The notes under the pieces are model-generated. The model saw only the letters and a list, made by a program, of their open reading frames with translations, was not told the DNA's origin and ran no database searches. Below are positions 10,393 through 20,617 of a stretch of DNA of 64,000 nucleotides, one piece after another. Each line of letters opens with the position of its first letter. Position 1 is the first letter of the stretch. The stretch comes from Candidatus Omnitrophota bacterium (GTDB lineage: Bacteria; Omnitrophota; Gorgyraeia; Gygaellales; Profunditerraquicolaceae). The translations under genes and the position numbers were made by a program. Location: NCBI GenBank assembly GCA_003598025.1, contig QZKH01000003.1:503221-567220 (forward strand). The letters run 5' to 3'.

Positions 10393-11055
10393 CTAATCAA
10401 AAAGAAATTTATTCAGCTCTGCCCAGGTTTTCGGGCCCACTACACCATCTACTTTAATTTTATTTGCCTTCTGAAAAGCCCTTATAGCAGTTTTGGTCCT
10501 TGGGCCGATCCTTCCGTCTACCTCCCCTTTATAGAATCCGGTGTTTTTAAGGGCTATTTGAATTTGCTTTGATCTGTTATTTGATTCAGGGTTATGGCTT
10601 TTAACCGCTTCCCGTGATTCAATTTTATCAACTGTATGGCTACCCCCTTCATTCGCTGACGCGCTTTTATCCTTTAAAGCGGTTAGTGGTACTTCGATTT
10701 TTATTATAGGTATATTATTGCCTGATTCCTTTTCTCTGGTTAATGCCAGATGCGTGGCTGCATCGATCCTGCCAGTAGGCTTCAATTTTTTGTCTTTCTG
10801 AAAATTCCTGATTGCCAGCCTGGTTTGAGCACCCATAGTTCCGTCTATAACACCGGGGTCAAAGCCGGCCTCTTTTAAGACCTTTTGAATTTCAACCACC
10901 CGCGGGTTATATCCTGATACTTTCCCGATTATCTGATATTCAGGCTCTCCCCACTTATCCCGGTACAATAAATGATTAATATAGCCCCTCACAGGAGCAA
11001 AAAATATCGTGAATATAAATAAGCAGGTTAGAATATAAAGAAATAACTTAACCAT
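10393..11055 (-). CDS. Protein with two PG_binding_1 domains
   Basis: Two IQxxL...DG..G..T...FQK modules. Confidence 0.88.
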   Translation of the reverse strand: MVKLFLYILTCLFIFTIFFAPVRGYINHLLYRDKWGEPEYQIIGKVSGYNPRVVEIQKVLKEAGFDPGVIDGTMGAQTRLAIRNFQKDKKLKPTGRIDAATHLALTREKESGNNIPIIKIEVPLTALKDKSASANEGGSHTVDKIESREAVKSHNPESNNRSKQIQIALKNTGFYKGEVDGRIGPRTKTAIRAFQKANKIKVDGVVGPKTWAELNKFLFD

Positions 11056-11058
11056 AGA

Positions 11059-11808
11059 TCACCGGTTCTTTTTCAATTCTGCTATAATACTATTGAATGG
11101 GAAACTTTCACCGGGACACTCAGTAGCCTTTCCCTCTATATCCTTATGCCTCCTTATGTTCTGCATGGATATGCCGTACTGTTCCCGTAAAACACTCACC
11201 AACTTAATCAACGCATCATGTTGCGATCTGCTAGCTTTTTCTTCATTAAAGTTACCTACAAGGCATATCTGAATATCAGCGGGACGATTTACCGCTTCCT
11301 GTTTTTTCCAGCGCCAGCCAACTTCGATTTCCCCATCTCCGGAGAGCGTGCCATTACCGATGACGAAATGATAAAAAAGACCGCCCATCCTGCGGCTACG
11401 GTGATTACGGTCAAAGGTAACAGCATTACCTTCATGAGTAGCACTATGATGTAATGTAATGTAATGCCAATCAGATGAGCTGGATTTTAGGCCCACCAAT
11501 TTCTTTATGGCTTCCCGGGGGATAGACTTATATGGTTCTATAGGCACCGGCAAGCGGACTCCCGGTATAAATATCCTTTGGCCAATGTCGATCTGCGTCG
11601 GATCTATGATTTTATTTAATCTCATGACCTGGTTAATATCAACATTATAACTTTTTGATATTCTATAAAGCGTCTGGCCTCTCTCAACGATATGATAAAT
11701 ACCGTAAGTTTGCCGCATGGACGGCTGAGTGGAAATGGTCACGCATCCGGAAGCTAGTATCGTTAGAAAGATAGAGCCTATTATTAACTTAAGGTCTGAA
11801 ATTTTCAT
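11059..11808 (-). CDS. LysM + Amidase_2 (N-acetylmuramoyl-L-alanine amidase) lipoprotein
   Basis: Lipobox ASGC; LysM HIVERGQTLYRIS; LHHSA, YHFVIG, H...TECPG. Confidence 0.88.
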   Translation of the reverse strand: MKISDLKLIIGSIFLTILASGCVTISTQPSMRQTYGIYHIVERGQTLYRISKSYNVDINQVMRLNKIIDPTQIDIGQRIFIPGVRLPVPIEPYKSIPREAIKKLVGLKSSSSDWHYITLHHSATHEGNAVTFDRNHRSRRMGGLFYHFVIGNGTLSGDGEIEVGWRWKKQEAVNRPADIQICLVGNFNEEKASRSQHDALIKLVSVLREQYGISMQNIRRHKDIEGKATECPGESFPFNSIIAELKKNR

Positions 11809-11810
11809 AT

Positions 11811-12017
11811 TTACTTAATAGGATTTGGGATTTCTCTTGGCCCGTAAATTTCTCTCTGCTTCTCGGAGATTTGATGCAAATGTTCGCTGCCTCGCTGCTC
11901 ATCTATGCCATAATACCTTATTCTATCCCCGTCCTTCACAATAAAAACACAGCCATTTAATATAATTGCTACTATCACGAACAGAACAAACCTTACGATA
12001 AATCTTCTCTTTTTCAT
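11811..12017 (-). CDS. Small lipoprotein
   Basis: Lipobox LNGC; first gene of a tightly packed operon. Confidence 0.6.
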   Translation of the reverse strand: MKKRRFIVRFVLFVIVAIILNGCVFIVKDGDRIRYYGIDEQRGSEHLHQISEKQREIYGPREIPNPIK

Positions 12018-12127
12018 AACCCCTGCCCTCGCTATCTCAATACTCTTATAGAGCCTATCGGCTACTATTTGATAAATTAGTTTTTCTGATTCTTAAATAA
12101 CAGCAGCCGAACCTCCATCCCGGCATG

Positions 12128-12481
12128 CTAAAAAAACTCTTCATCAGTATTATGTTTTTCTTCCTCCTGCCGTAGAGTCCTTAAGCGGCCAATTATCGGC
12201 TTAATCTCATTCCATGTTTTATCCGGAAGATACCGCTCGAGGGTCGCCAACTGGATTTTGCTTTCTAGCTCTTTAATATTCTGTTCAATTTCGGACAGAA
12301 GCTTCTTGTTTTCAGCGCAATCTTTCTTATGGCGTATCAGCTCTGCCTGTAATTCCTCGTTCCTTTTTTCATAGAAAACATACCTTTCATGCATACCTAT
12401 CAACTCTTTACGCGCAGAAAATAAACAAAAACCCAGAATACCAGCACATACTACCAACAAAACAATAATTGTTAGCTTCAT
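12128..12481 (-). CDS. Membrane-anchored coiled-coil hypothetical protein
   Basis: N-terminal TM then heptad-rich region; start taken at MKLTII. Confidence 0.6.
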   Translation of the reverse strand: MKLTIIVLLVVCAGILGFCLFSARKELIGMHERYVFYEKRNEELQAELIRHKKDCAENKKLLSEIEQNIKELESKIQLATLERYLPDKTWNEIKPIIGRLRTLRQEEEKHNTDEEFF

Positions 12482-12864
12482 AATAATTAACCTGACCAAC
12501 AAAATCGTAAAATACAAATAAAAAAAGCCATCTCGCACTCATGTGCAAGATGGCGGCCCGACCATCAAAAACCTCCAGAAAATTATTCTCTGGACCCTGA
12601 ATATAATTATTGTTATGTAATCATCGCCTTATTGGTTCATATTATAACTTATTTTCTAAAATAAGCAACTTAAAAGGTAACGGTTTTATTTTTCCTGCCT
12701 TGGCTGCCTTCCCGTTTTAGGAAACATAGCCGTCCGCTTTATCCCAAATTGGATATTCAAAATGATTCTATAAAACATCATGAGATGACAAGGGACGCTT
12801 CATTGTGCACTGCTCCAAATTTTTAAAAGCCTATCCTCTAAGAATATACCCCTTAATTTTATCT

Positions 12865-13551
12865 CTATTCTTTAGCCTGGTTTATAACGCGATAAACAAC
12901 AGCACCGATTACAGCGCCAATGATCGGAGCTACCCAAAACAGCCAAAGCTGAGAAACTGCCCAACCGCCAGCCAATAAAGCAACGCCTGTGCTGCGCGCG
13001 GGGTTAACTGAGGTATTGGTAACGGGAATACTGATCAAATGTATCAGGGTAAGACAAAGGCCGATGGCTATCGGAGCAAAACCCTGAGGCGCCTTCTTGT
13101 CAGTTACTCCCATAATTACAAACAGGAAAAACATCGTCATTACTATTTCAGTGGCAAACCCTGCCAATAATGAGTAGCCGCCGGGTGAATGCGGGCCGTA
13201 GCCATTAGAAGCGAAAGTTGAGTATATAAACCCGTCTTTACCGGTTGCTATAAGAAAAAGGACCCAGCCGGCAGCGATAGCACCTAAAACCTGCGCGAGA
13301 ATATAAGGAGTTAATTTCTTTGCCGGAAAACGTCCGCCTGCCCATAGCCCGATTGAAACAGCAGGGTTAAGATGGCACCCTGAAATATGCCCGATAGCAT
13401 AAGCCATGGTTAATACAGTTAAGCCGAATGCCAAAGATACGCCAAGCAAGCCTATACCTAAACCGGGAAATGCCGCGGCAAGCACTGCGCTTCCGCATCC
13501 TCCAAGCACAAGCCAGAATGTCCCGCAAAATTCAGCAAAAAATGCTTTCAT
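12865..13551 (-). CDS. aqpZ: Aquaporin Z
   Basis: [15 protein letters not shown], two NPA motifs, [16 protein letters not shown]. Confidence 0.96.
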   Translation of the reverse strand: MKAFFAEFCGTFWLVLGGCGSAVLAAAFPGLGIGLLGVSLAFGLTVLTMAYAIGHISGCHLNPAVSIGLWAGGRFPAKKLTPYILAQVLGAIAAGWVLFLIATGKDGFIYSTFASNGYGPHSPGGYSLLAGFATEIVMTMFFLFVIMGVTDKKAPQGFAPIAIGLCLTLIHLISIPVTNTSVNPARSTGVALLAGGWAVSQLWLFWVAPIIGAVIGAVVYRVINQAKE

Positions 13552-13585
13552 GCATTCCTCCTTTGCTTAAACTGCTTGATCTTTT

Positions 13586-14050
13586 TTATTTGCCCCATTG
13601 CTTATTCAAACCTTTTGAAGCCTTATCAAGCTCTCCCTTTACTTTCTTGCTTTCTTTTTCCGCTTTTTCTTTAGCCTTTTTTGCCTTTTTCTCTGCGTCT
13701 TCCTTTGCCTTTTGTGCGGATTCCTTGGCCTTCTTTTTTGCTTCTTCAAGCTGTACCTTGCGTTCCTTTGCTGCTGCCTGTACTCTGGCGGCAAGCTCTT
13801 TACCCTTTAACCCTTCGATTTTAGCCTGATGCGCAGCCTGGGCGACAACACTCTTTGCTTCCTTTGCGCTAGCGCCGCTATCAACGAGTGTTTTAACCGA
13901 AGAACTTACGCTTGAAGCATCTGCTGCTGCGATAGTCCCGGAATCCTGCAGTTCTTTAGTTACTTGTTTAGCGACTTCCGAACTGCTCTGCGCATAAACA
14001 AACGTCATAAGGCCCATTACTAACCCAAATGCTAATATAATTCTTTTCAT
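13586..14050 (-). CDS. Secreted Ala/Lys-rich hypothetical protein
   Basis: Signal peptide VYA; low-complexity helical tail. Confidence 0.7.
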   Translation of the reverse strand: MKRIILAFGLVMGLMTFVYAQSSSEVAKQVTKELQDSGTIAAADASSVSSSVKTLVDSGASAKEAKSVVAQAAHQAKIEGLKGKELAARVQAAAKERKVQLEEAKKKAKESAQKAKEDAEKKAKKAKEKAEKESKKVKGELDKASKGLNKQWGK

Positions 14051-14064
14051 ATCTTCCCCTTTTT

Positions 14065-14775
14065 TTAATTTGAAAACGTGCTTTTTAAATCTTCTTTTGC
14101 CTTTTCCAGGAACCCGCCGACAGCCTCCTCTGCCTCTTTTTTCATCTGGCTACCCACAGACTTGACGTCAAAATTTGCCAGGCCACCTATGCCTATACGG
14201 TTAAGGATCCTCTTTAAGACATCCCCTGCGACCCTGGAAGGATTGGTTACATCGTGGAATGTTTCATCTATATCAATATTAAATTCTTTGGACTTTGCGC
14301 CCACCGCGGGAAAATAGCCTTTATAGACGACCTTGCCGATCTTAAGCCGCAATTCGTCTATCTTTACTTCCGGAGGTTTTTCTCCTTGCGACTTGGGCAA
14401 CAACAACGCCAGAGAGTTTACATTGAGTTTTCCTTTTTCGTTCAGAATAATATGACACTCGGTAATATCAATCTTCAGCTTGCGCAGGTGCACCTTGCTT
14501 TTAAATAAACCTAACAAATCAAAATCAACATAGACTTCCGGAATATCGGCTAAGAGCCTGTCGCTAAAATCGCCGGGATTATAAATCTTTAGCCCGGTTA
14601 CTGAAATACCAGAACCCACCAATCCTATATTAATGCCTTTAACATCAACAGCCATCCCCGTGGCGGACTTGACTCCTTTTATAATAGCTATTCTTGCCAG
14701 TATGTTTCTGCCGATAACTAAACCGATAACTATGATTAAAACTATTGCTGCGATAATTATAATAAGCTTCTTCAT
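14065..14775 (-). CDS. AsmA-like protein
   Basis: N-terminal TM, GLKIYNPGDF and GKLNV motifs. Confidence 0.7.
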   Translation of the reverse strand: MKKLIIIIAAIVLIIVIGLVIGRNILARIAIIKGVKSATGMAVDVKGINIGLVGSGISVTGLKIYNPGDFSDRLLADIPEVYVDFDLLGLFKSKVHLRKLKIDITECHIILNEKGKLNVNSLALLLPKSQGEKPPEVKIDELRLKIGKVVYKGYFPAVGAKSKEFNIDIDETFHDVTNPSRVAGDVLKRILNRIGIGGLANFDVKSVGSQMKKEAEEAVGGFLEKAKEDLKSTFSN

Positions 14776-14919
14776 CTTTCCTCCCTTCTCTTCTTAGCAA
14801 TATAAGGGAATGGCCCTAATTCCCCTGCCTTGCTGCCCACTCTATTCTATCTCTTTTTTATCTTATAAAGCAATAAAAAATAGTAAAAATATAACCGTAA
14901 CCTTTATTTCTGAATTTTG

Positions 14920-16143
14920 CTACCCCATGGCGCATGTGCCGCCGCCAAGTTTTGTCTTATACAATTTTTTATTATAAGGCAATTTCATTAGCAGCATACC
15001 CATAAGGCAGTTATCAGTCAATCCGGAAAAAACAAGTCCGCAGCTGACAAATACTGCAATAAAAATAAACGCCCAATGCACAAGCCATGATAAGAGTATG
15101 CCTGCCAAAACCAGACTGCCAGCAATAAGCCTGACCTGGCGCTCTAATGATATCCCGCCTTCGCCTTTAATAACAGAAAGCCCTTCTTTCTGCCAGCGCA
15201 ACATGCCTCCTTGCATTACCTTTACGCCGTGAATACCTGATTGTATCAACATATCAGCAGCCATAGGGGAACGGTTGCCCGTGCGGCATAGAACAATAAA
15301 ACTTTGCTTAGATTGGCTTAGCTCATTGATTTTAGCAGTAAGCATGTCTATGGGGATATTGATTGAATCCTTAATGTGCACCTGGCTGAATTCTAAAGCC
15401 GAGCGCACATCCAGCAATTTGACCTGCGGATCTTTTCCCGAAAGAGTTAAAGCATCTTTTGGAGAGATCATCTCCAATGCAGCAGCCTCTCCTCTTTGGT
15501 TTAAACGCACAATATTATCAATATTAAAAGGTTTAGGGATGACTTTTGCCCGCATATTCCTGGCAAATACCTCTTTATCTGTTTCTTTTAAGAAGGGATT
15601 TTCTTCCTTTTGTTTAGCTAAAGTGGATGAACGTTTTTCATGGTAGTCATGGCCGGGAAAAATGACAGTTTCTCCCGGAAGGTTTTTGAGGTTTTGTAAT
15701 GTATCAAACATGGATTCAGGAGAACCGTTCTGGAAATCCGTGCGGCCGACACTGCCTATCAAAAGCACATCACCGGTAAATAACCTGTTTTCACCGTATA
15801 AACTTATAGCGTCATCCGTATGCCCGGGGGTATATATTACTTTAAGAGTGCTTGAACCTACGGAAACCTGGTCCCCATTTTTAAGGCGCTTGTCTGCCAC
15901 TTCGGATATTGCTTTTTCATGCATCAATACCTGCGCGCCGGATTTCTTCTTAAAAACCGCGGCTAAGGAAAAATGGTCGGCATGCGTATGTGTGTCTATA
16001 ATAAATTTGAGTTTGAGCTTATTTTTCCTTAAATACTGGCCATACTCATCCAACAAGCTTATGTGAGGGTCAATTATTAATGCCTCTTCTTTAGAGCTTA
16101 TAACATATGAATAGCAGCTTCCGGCAATAAATTGTTTAAACAT
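14920..16143 (-). CDS. MBL-fold persulfide dioxygenase + rhodanese + DUF2892 fusion
   Basis: THTHADH, TPGHT, GRTDF, PGHDY; rhodanese CRTGNRS; C-terminal LERQVR...CLMG; start at MFKQF after AAGGAG. Confidence 0.88.
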   Translation of the reverse strand: MFKQFIAGSCYSYVISSKEEALIIDPHISLLDEYGQYLRKNKLKLKFIIDTHTHADHFSLAAVFKKKSGAQVLMHEKAISEVADKRLKNGDQVSVGSSTLKVIYTPGHTDDAISLYGENRLFTGDVLLIGSVGRTDFQNGSPESMFDTLQNLKNLPGETVIFPGHDYHEKRSSTLAKQKEENPFLKETDKEVFARNMRAKVIPKPFNIDNIVRLNQRGEAAALEMISPKDALTLSGKDPQVKLLDVRSALEFSQVHIKDSINIPIDMLTAKINELSQSKQSFIVLCRTGNRSPMAADMLIQSGIHGVKVMQGGMLRWQKEGLSVIKGEGGISLERQVRLIAGSLVLAGILLSWLVHWAFIFIAVFVSCGLVFSGLTDNCLMGMLLMKLPYNKKLYKTKLGGGTCAMG

Positions 16144-16272
16144 ACTATTTCTCCTTGATAAAAATGTGACCGCCCCCTTTATTCGACACAGAAGGTGTCG
16201 CACTTGGCTTTCCAATAGGCCAATGTGCATTTTATGCCGTAGTAAGCAAGCCTTCAATCATCTAATAAGCCC

Positions 16273-16397
16273 CTACGGGGCGGGATGCCCCGACTCTTGC
16301 GGGCAGTGCTTCAAAACTAAACCTTTGGCGGGGCGCGGCCCCCACCCCGCGCCCCGCCTAGCGCTATCTTTTCAAAAAACTGGCGAAAATTTTAGGG
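16273..16397 (+). repeat. Left arm of inverted repeat bracketing the defence cassette
   Basis: 16327-16397 is the reverse complement of 23157-23227 at 70/71 bp, weaker similarity outward; internal 12-bp GC hairpin. Confidence 0.92.
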
Positions 16398-18362
16398 ATC
16401 GGCTAAACTTACAATTCTGCTTATAATATCAGTTAAGGTTTTGCTCCCTGCTTTTTGGCTTTTTGCGCACTCCATTAATTGATACAAAAAATACGGTTGT
16501 TTTTCGCCGATTTTTAGAGATTCTACTTCGGCTTTGCATATTTTATAAATTTCTTCGGACAACTCTTTTTTTAATTGTGCTGGCAAGTTTTCTTCAAAAC
16601 ATGCAAAAAGTTTTTCTACTCTAGTAGTAGGAAAATCTTCTTCTGTGACACCACCCAATTTTAAAAGAGCTCTATTATATTTGGTATTGCAATCTTTACT
16701 ACTGCTTTCGCATTTTTTATCTCCATCAAATAAAAAATATACTGGAATATCGAGTTCACGAAATATAAGGACACACCTATCAATATTCGTTTTGCCTCCA
16801 ATAGGTATTACGGTAATCCCTTTCCCTTCTAGGTCACCTGGATTTTTCAAGGTTCCAAATAAAACTGCTTTATCGGCTTCGCCTTCGACTATTACAACTG
16901 CATCTGCAAAAAAACCTTCATTAACATAAGGGGTCAAAAGTGAGATTAACCGCGCTTTTAATGATGCGGCGGTAAAACCTTCTTTCTGTTTTCCAAATAT
17001 TTCTTCCAACTCTTTGGTTATTTTATCTAAATTCATCTTTTTGACTTTTGTTTCTGGAATTGCCCCTCCTGCAATATTCTTTCTGGCCCTTCTTATTTTT
17101 TCTACCCTATCTAAACCAATAAAATGAGGAGAGTGTGTTGAATAAATAATCTGCATCTCATAATCTCGCTCAGGAGAAGGTTGCGCTAGCTCCAACAATA
17201 CTCTGGATATATGCCTTTGTCTAACTGGATGTTGATATAATTCTGGCTCTTCTATGGCGAGTATAAAATTAGGCCTTATTTCAACTATTTCTCCCTTTCG
17301 CTCTCCTTCTTCGTCTTTGGCTTCTTCTTCGGCTTGTTCTTTTTGCGAATCATCAACATGCCGAGCTATACTTAAATGTTGCAGCAACGTCATTATAAAG
17401 GCTCTTTGCAAACCATGCCCCTTTTTTGAAATATCTCCCTCAAAATTATCCTCAATCAATTTTACATATGCTTGCGGAAGCGGTATTTCTAAGTCTTCTT
17501 TTTCTTGCCAGTTTAATACTACGCCAGCTGATTGAACAAACTTTCTTAAAGTATCATTCAGTTCTTTCTGTAATTTTGGTAGTTCTGGTAATTTCTCAGG
17601 ATTAGTTAATTCTTTATACTTTTTTATGGTCTCTTCCTTAAATGCTAATAGCTCGGGTTTTCGCTCAATTTCTTTCTTAACGACTAACTGTAAGAGCTCA
17701 GTTATTATATTCCCTTTGGTCTCGGTTGCATCTAAATTTGCATCTCTTACAGCTGGTATAAAAATGAACCTAGTAAATCTTTCAAGCTTTCCAACACCTA
17801 CATTCCGAAAACCAAAAAATTGTCCATCATCTTTTATGCGCCTTAGCTTATCCAAATGCTCTTTTTCCCAAGCTGCCAAATTCGCCTCAATCCCATCTGC
17901 ACTTGATACCGTTGGCAAAGTATTGAATTCAGGCGTACTTCTTAACTCATTATATTTGGTCCTTTTGTCTGATTTCTGAATAGCTGTTCTTATTTCTTGA
18001 AAGTCAGGATACTGTAGTTTTGATCCGTAATATCTTTCTTGTGAAGTAACTCCATTAAACCCAATCTCTTTTTCGATCGTCAAAGTTCCTCTATCAATAT
18101 ATGGCGCAAACTCCTCAAGCTCATATTCTGTTAATTTATAAAACTTAATTATAATTCTTATTGGTTTGCTTGTGTCTTTATTGTAAAAATCTTCCTCATT
18201 AACTGTTAACGACTTCACCGTGTTATAAAATAGGTTGAGGGCTTGCAAAAATGTTGATTTTCCCGAGCCATTCGGACCTATCAGAATAGTTAAATCCTCA
18301 AAAGTAAGTGTTTCCTCCCTTATAGATCTGTAATTTAATACTGAGATTTCTTCAATAATCAT
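16392..18362 (-). CDS. OLD-family ATP-dependent endonuclease (ABC ATPase + TOPRIM)
   Basis: GPNGSGKS, KGHGLQ signature, IEEPELYQHP, STHS, TOPRIM VEGEAD and FDGD. Confidence 0.9.
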   Translation of the reverse strand: MIIEEISVLNYRSIREETLTFEDLTILIGPNGSGKSTFLQALNLFYNTVKSLTVNEEDFYNKDTSKPIRIIIKFYKLTEYELEEFAPYIDRGTLTIEKEIGFNGVTSQERYYGSKLQYPDFQEIRTAIQKSDKRTKYNELRSTPEFNTLPTVSSADGIEANLAAWEKEHLDKLRRIKDDGQFFGFRNVGVGKLERFTRFIFIPAVRDANLDATETKGNIITELLQLVVKKEIERKPELLAFKEETIKKYKELTNPEKLPELPKLQKELNDTLRKFVQSAGVVLNWQEKEDLEIPLPQAYVKLIEDNFEGDISKKGHGLQRAFIMTLLQHLSIARHVDDSQKEQAEEEAKDEEGERKGEIVEIRPNFILAIEEPELYQHPVRQRHISRVLLELAQPSPERDYEMQIIYSTHSPHFIGLDRVEKIRRARKNIAGGAIPETKVKKMNLDKITKELEEIFGKQKEGFTAASLKARLISLLTPYVNEGFFADAVVIVEGEADKAVLFGTLKNPGDLEGKGITVIPIGGKTNIDRCVLIFRELDIPVYFLFDGDKKCESSSKDCNTKYNRALLKLGGVTEEDFPTTRVEKLFACFEENLPAQLKKELSEEIYKICKAEVESLKIGEKQPYFLYQLMECAKSQKAGSKTLTDIISRIVSLADP

Positions 18363-18409
18363 TTAGTTCCTTTATCCATAAAATCCTTTAACTGCCAATT
18401 TCTTAGTTT

Positions 18410-19171
18410 TTAACAATAACCTTCTGTTTCTTTTATCGCTTTGCTATATAAACAATAATCACAGTCTTTGCTATGTCCAGGCACCTTAGGGTTCATCAGG
18501 CATTTATGCATTTCAACTATTACAGGATCAATCCAAGAGCTATTTCCTTCATAAGAAATAATTTTAATGTTAAACTCAAGCTTTGCATCAAAACTTTCCT
18601 TGTTGGTATTTCCATTACAATATACAAAGTAACCGGTAGAAGAAACATTAAAATCGTTTTTCCTGAATAACCACTGATATATTTCCATTTGTCTTTTATA
18701 AGATACCTGCCAATCTGCATCTAAGTTTACCTCTTCCTCTTTGGACGTGCTCTTATAATCTACGATAAAAAGTTGGCCTTCTGATCCGGCCCAGACATCA
18801 TCCACGGCTCCTGAAAGCAAAAGATTAGTTTGCGGATGTAAATATTCTATTCCGCCACGAAGAGCATCTCGCCAGAGATTTAACTTTTCATGTTGAAAAG
18901 GAACAGCCTTTATTCCATAGGTTTGCATAAGGGGGTGGGGCGTTTGTTTACTTCTATGCAAATCGAATTCTTTCTTAAGTAATTTATCCACCGCAGAATT
19001 CAAAGCAAAGGGAAATCCTGGAGGCTGCCCCACTCCTAGTCTTCTATCAAGATAAAAACAGCGTGGACAGTTAATAAATAGCTCGATTTTAGAACGGCTT
19101 ATCTTGAATGGTAATTTATTAAGCGGATCAAATAGATTCCGCGTTCTTCTTCCAGAATAGTATTTTGACAT
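18410..19171 (-). CDS. PD-(D/E)XK nuclease (AddB/Cas4-like, Cys-bracketed)
   Basis: SRSKIE...CPRCF, GAVDD, VDYKST, QMEIY, CDYC. Confidence 0.88.
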   Translation of the reverse strand: MSKYYSGRRTRNLFDPLNKLPFKISRSKIELFINCPRCFYLDRRLGVGQPPGFPFALNSAVDKLLKKEFDLHRSKQTPHPLMQTYGIKAVPFQHEKLNLWRDALRGGIEYLHPQTNLLLSGAVDDVWAGSEGQLFIVDYKSTSKEEEVNLDADWQVSYKRQMEIYQWLFRKNDFNVSSTGYFVYCNGNTNKESFDAKLEFNIKIISYEGNSSWIDPVIVEMHKCLMNPKVPGHSKDCDYCLYSKAIKETEGYC

Positions 19172-19209
19172 TTTAAGCCTTTGAATAACCTATGAAACAA
19201 ACTCGGCTG

Positions 19210-19422
19210 CTAACAAATCCTATTTTGTCTATAAACCTTATAAATATTTCTGCTGGCATAACTGCCCTTTGAATTAGCGGAACACAGCGCATCGTAGATA
19301 TGTTGGGGTACGTTAAAATACTCATAAAGTGAACCGTCTTTAAACTCTATTTGCAAGATTGCACTATCAGAATCATATCCTATAGAAGCTAAAGTTGAGG
19401 AATTAACAGAAATCATATCCAC
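19210..19422 (-). CDS. KTSC domain protein
   Basis: VNSSTLASIGYD...LQIEFKDGSLYEYFNVP...SKGSY. Confidence 0.9.
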   Translation of the reverse strand: MDMISVNSSTLASIGYDSDSAILQIEFKDGSLYEYFNVPQHIYDALCSANSKGSYASRNIYKVYRQNRIC

Positions 19423-19517
19423 CTTTCTTTCTCCTTTTTGATATGTTTTTCCTCTATGAGAACTGCTGCCATGAAACTATTTCTACTTTTTAAGAATTAG
19501 AAATATCTATGTATTAA

Positions 19518-20339
19518 TTATTCCTTTTGAAAATCATTTACTATTGTAAAAATTAAAGCCACGGTTGCAGAAGCAGTAGCCTTAGAAATAGTGTATTTTT
19601 TACTCTTTTCTGCAGCTAAATGTACCGAGTTTCTAAATCGTCTAATTGCTGAAGCCAAATTACTGATCTCTTCTTTTAAAAAACCTTTTTTTTGACATAT
19701 TTCAATTAGTTCTTCAAATCTTTTATTCTTCACATTTTCATTTTTATTATCTAGGAATAATCTTAGCAATTCCTCTATCACTCCACCAGCCAAAATTACA
19801 GCTGGTTTATTAAAATCATTTCTGGCTAAAAAATAGGCTTGTTCAACGTCTCTAAAAATAATTTCTCTTCTAAATTGGCTTTTAACAAAGTTAATATTTT
19901 TCCCAAATACACGCTTGCTTATTCCAAAGTCTTTTTTTATTCCATCCCAATAATTCTTATTTTCGGCTTGTTTCTTTTTTCTTGAAGATCGGGCATGCAG
20001 CCATGAAGAGCTCTCGGGTTGTGGGCCATCTTCACAATACCAACCTTCACTATAATCTAGATATTCTGAAGGACAATCAAGCCGATCAGTTATTGCTACT
20101 CGAAAGGAAATAGCATCTAAGTCTTTGTAACGCGCTGGGCTAAAATCAGAAACCCTACCTTCCCAACAGCCTTCTATCTTTCGAGTTTCACGATTTCTTT
20201 TTATAAATACCGTATTGGTATTGGCTACTAATTTCCCCTCATTCATAGGGTGACGGAACATTGATTTAGTAAAAAACGCTCTGTTATCTGGTAGCTGATC
20301 CCAATGACCCCGCCAATTTGTTACCATTATGTATTTCAT
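19518..20339 (-). CDS. Two-domain protein with C-terminal DUF4145/HEPN-like domain
   Basis: AVILAGGVIEELL...FEELIE...IRRFRNSVH. Confidence 0.65.
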   Translation of the reverse strand: MKYIMVTNWRGHWDQLPDNRAFFTKSMFRHPMNEGKLVANTNTVFIKRNRETRKIEGCWEGRVSDFSPARYKDLDAISFRVAITDRLDCPSEYLDYSEGWYCEDGPQPESSSWLHARSSRKKKQAENKNYWDGIKKDFGISKRVFGKNINFVKSQFRREIIFRDVEQAYFLARNDFNKPAVILAGGVIEELLRLFLDNKNENVKNKRFEELIEICQKKGFLKEEISNLASAIRRFRNSVHLAAEKSKKYTISKATASATVALIFTIVNDFQKE

Positions 20340-20559
20340 ATTGGCCCCTTCTTAAAATTAATCTTAATATAAATTAAGGCAACCTCCTATTCTAGAGAAT
20401 CGCCTTATGTTTTAGTATTCAAACCCCCATTCCCCACCTCTTTGTGCTGGGAATTATTATACTACCATTCTAAGCAATATTAAGCTTTTTTCTTAGAAAT
20501 TTATGTTAGATTTTGCCATTTATTGCGTCTATTACATTAAAGGTAGATAAACAATTTTC

Positions 20560-20604
20560 TTGACCTTTTTTACATTTCGTAGTACAATCGAAAAAGAATC
20601 GAAA
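20560..20604 (+). promoter_or_regulatory. Promoter of lexA-MTase with overlapping direct-repeat operator candidate
   Basis: TTGACC-N17-TACAAT (20560-20588); AATCGAAA at 20586 and 20597. Confidence 0.65.
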
Positions 20605-20617
20605 GTAGAGACTAGAT

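Noticed and set aside
16250-16400. tRNA at the island boundary
   Set aside because: No cloverleaf or T-loop GTTCGA pattern recognised here or near the integrase end
16392-18362. Gabija (GajA) call for the OLD nuclease
   Set aside because: No UvrD-like GajB gene is adjacent; the gene ends in the inverted repeat
18410-19171. Cas4 / CRISPR system
   Set aside because: No other cas genes and no repeat-spacer array seen in the window
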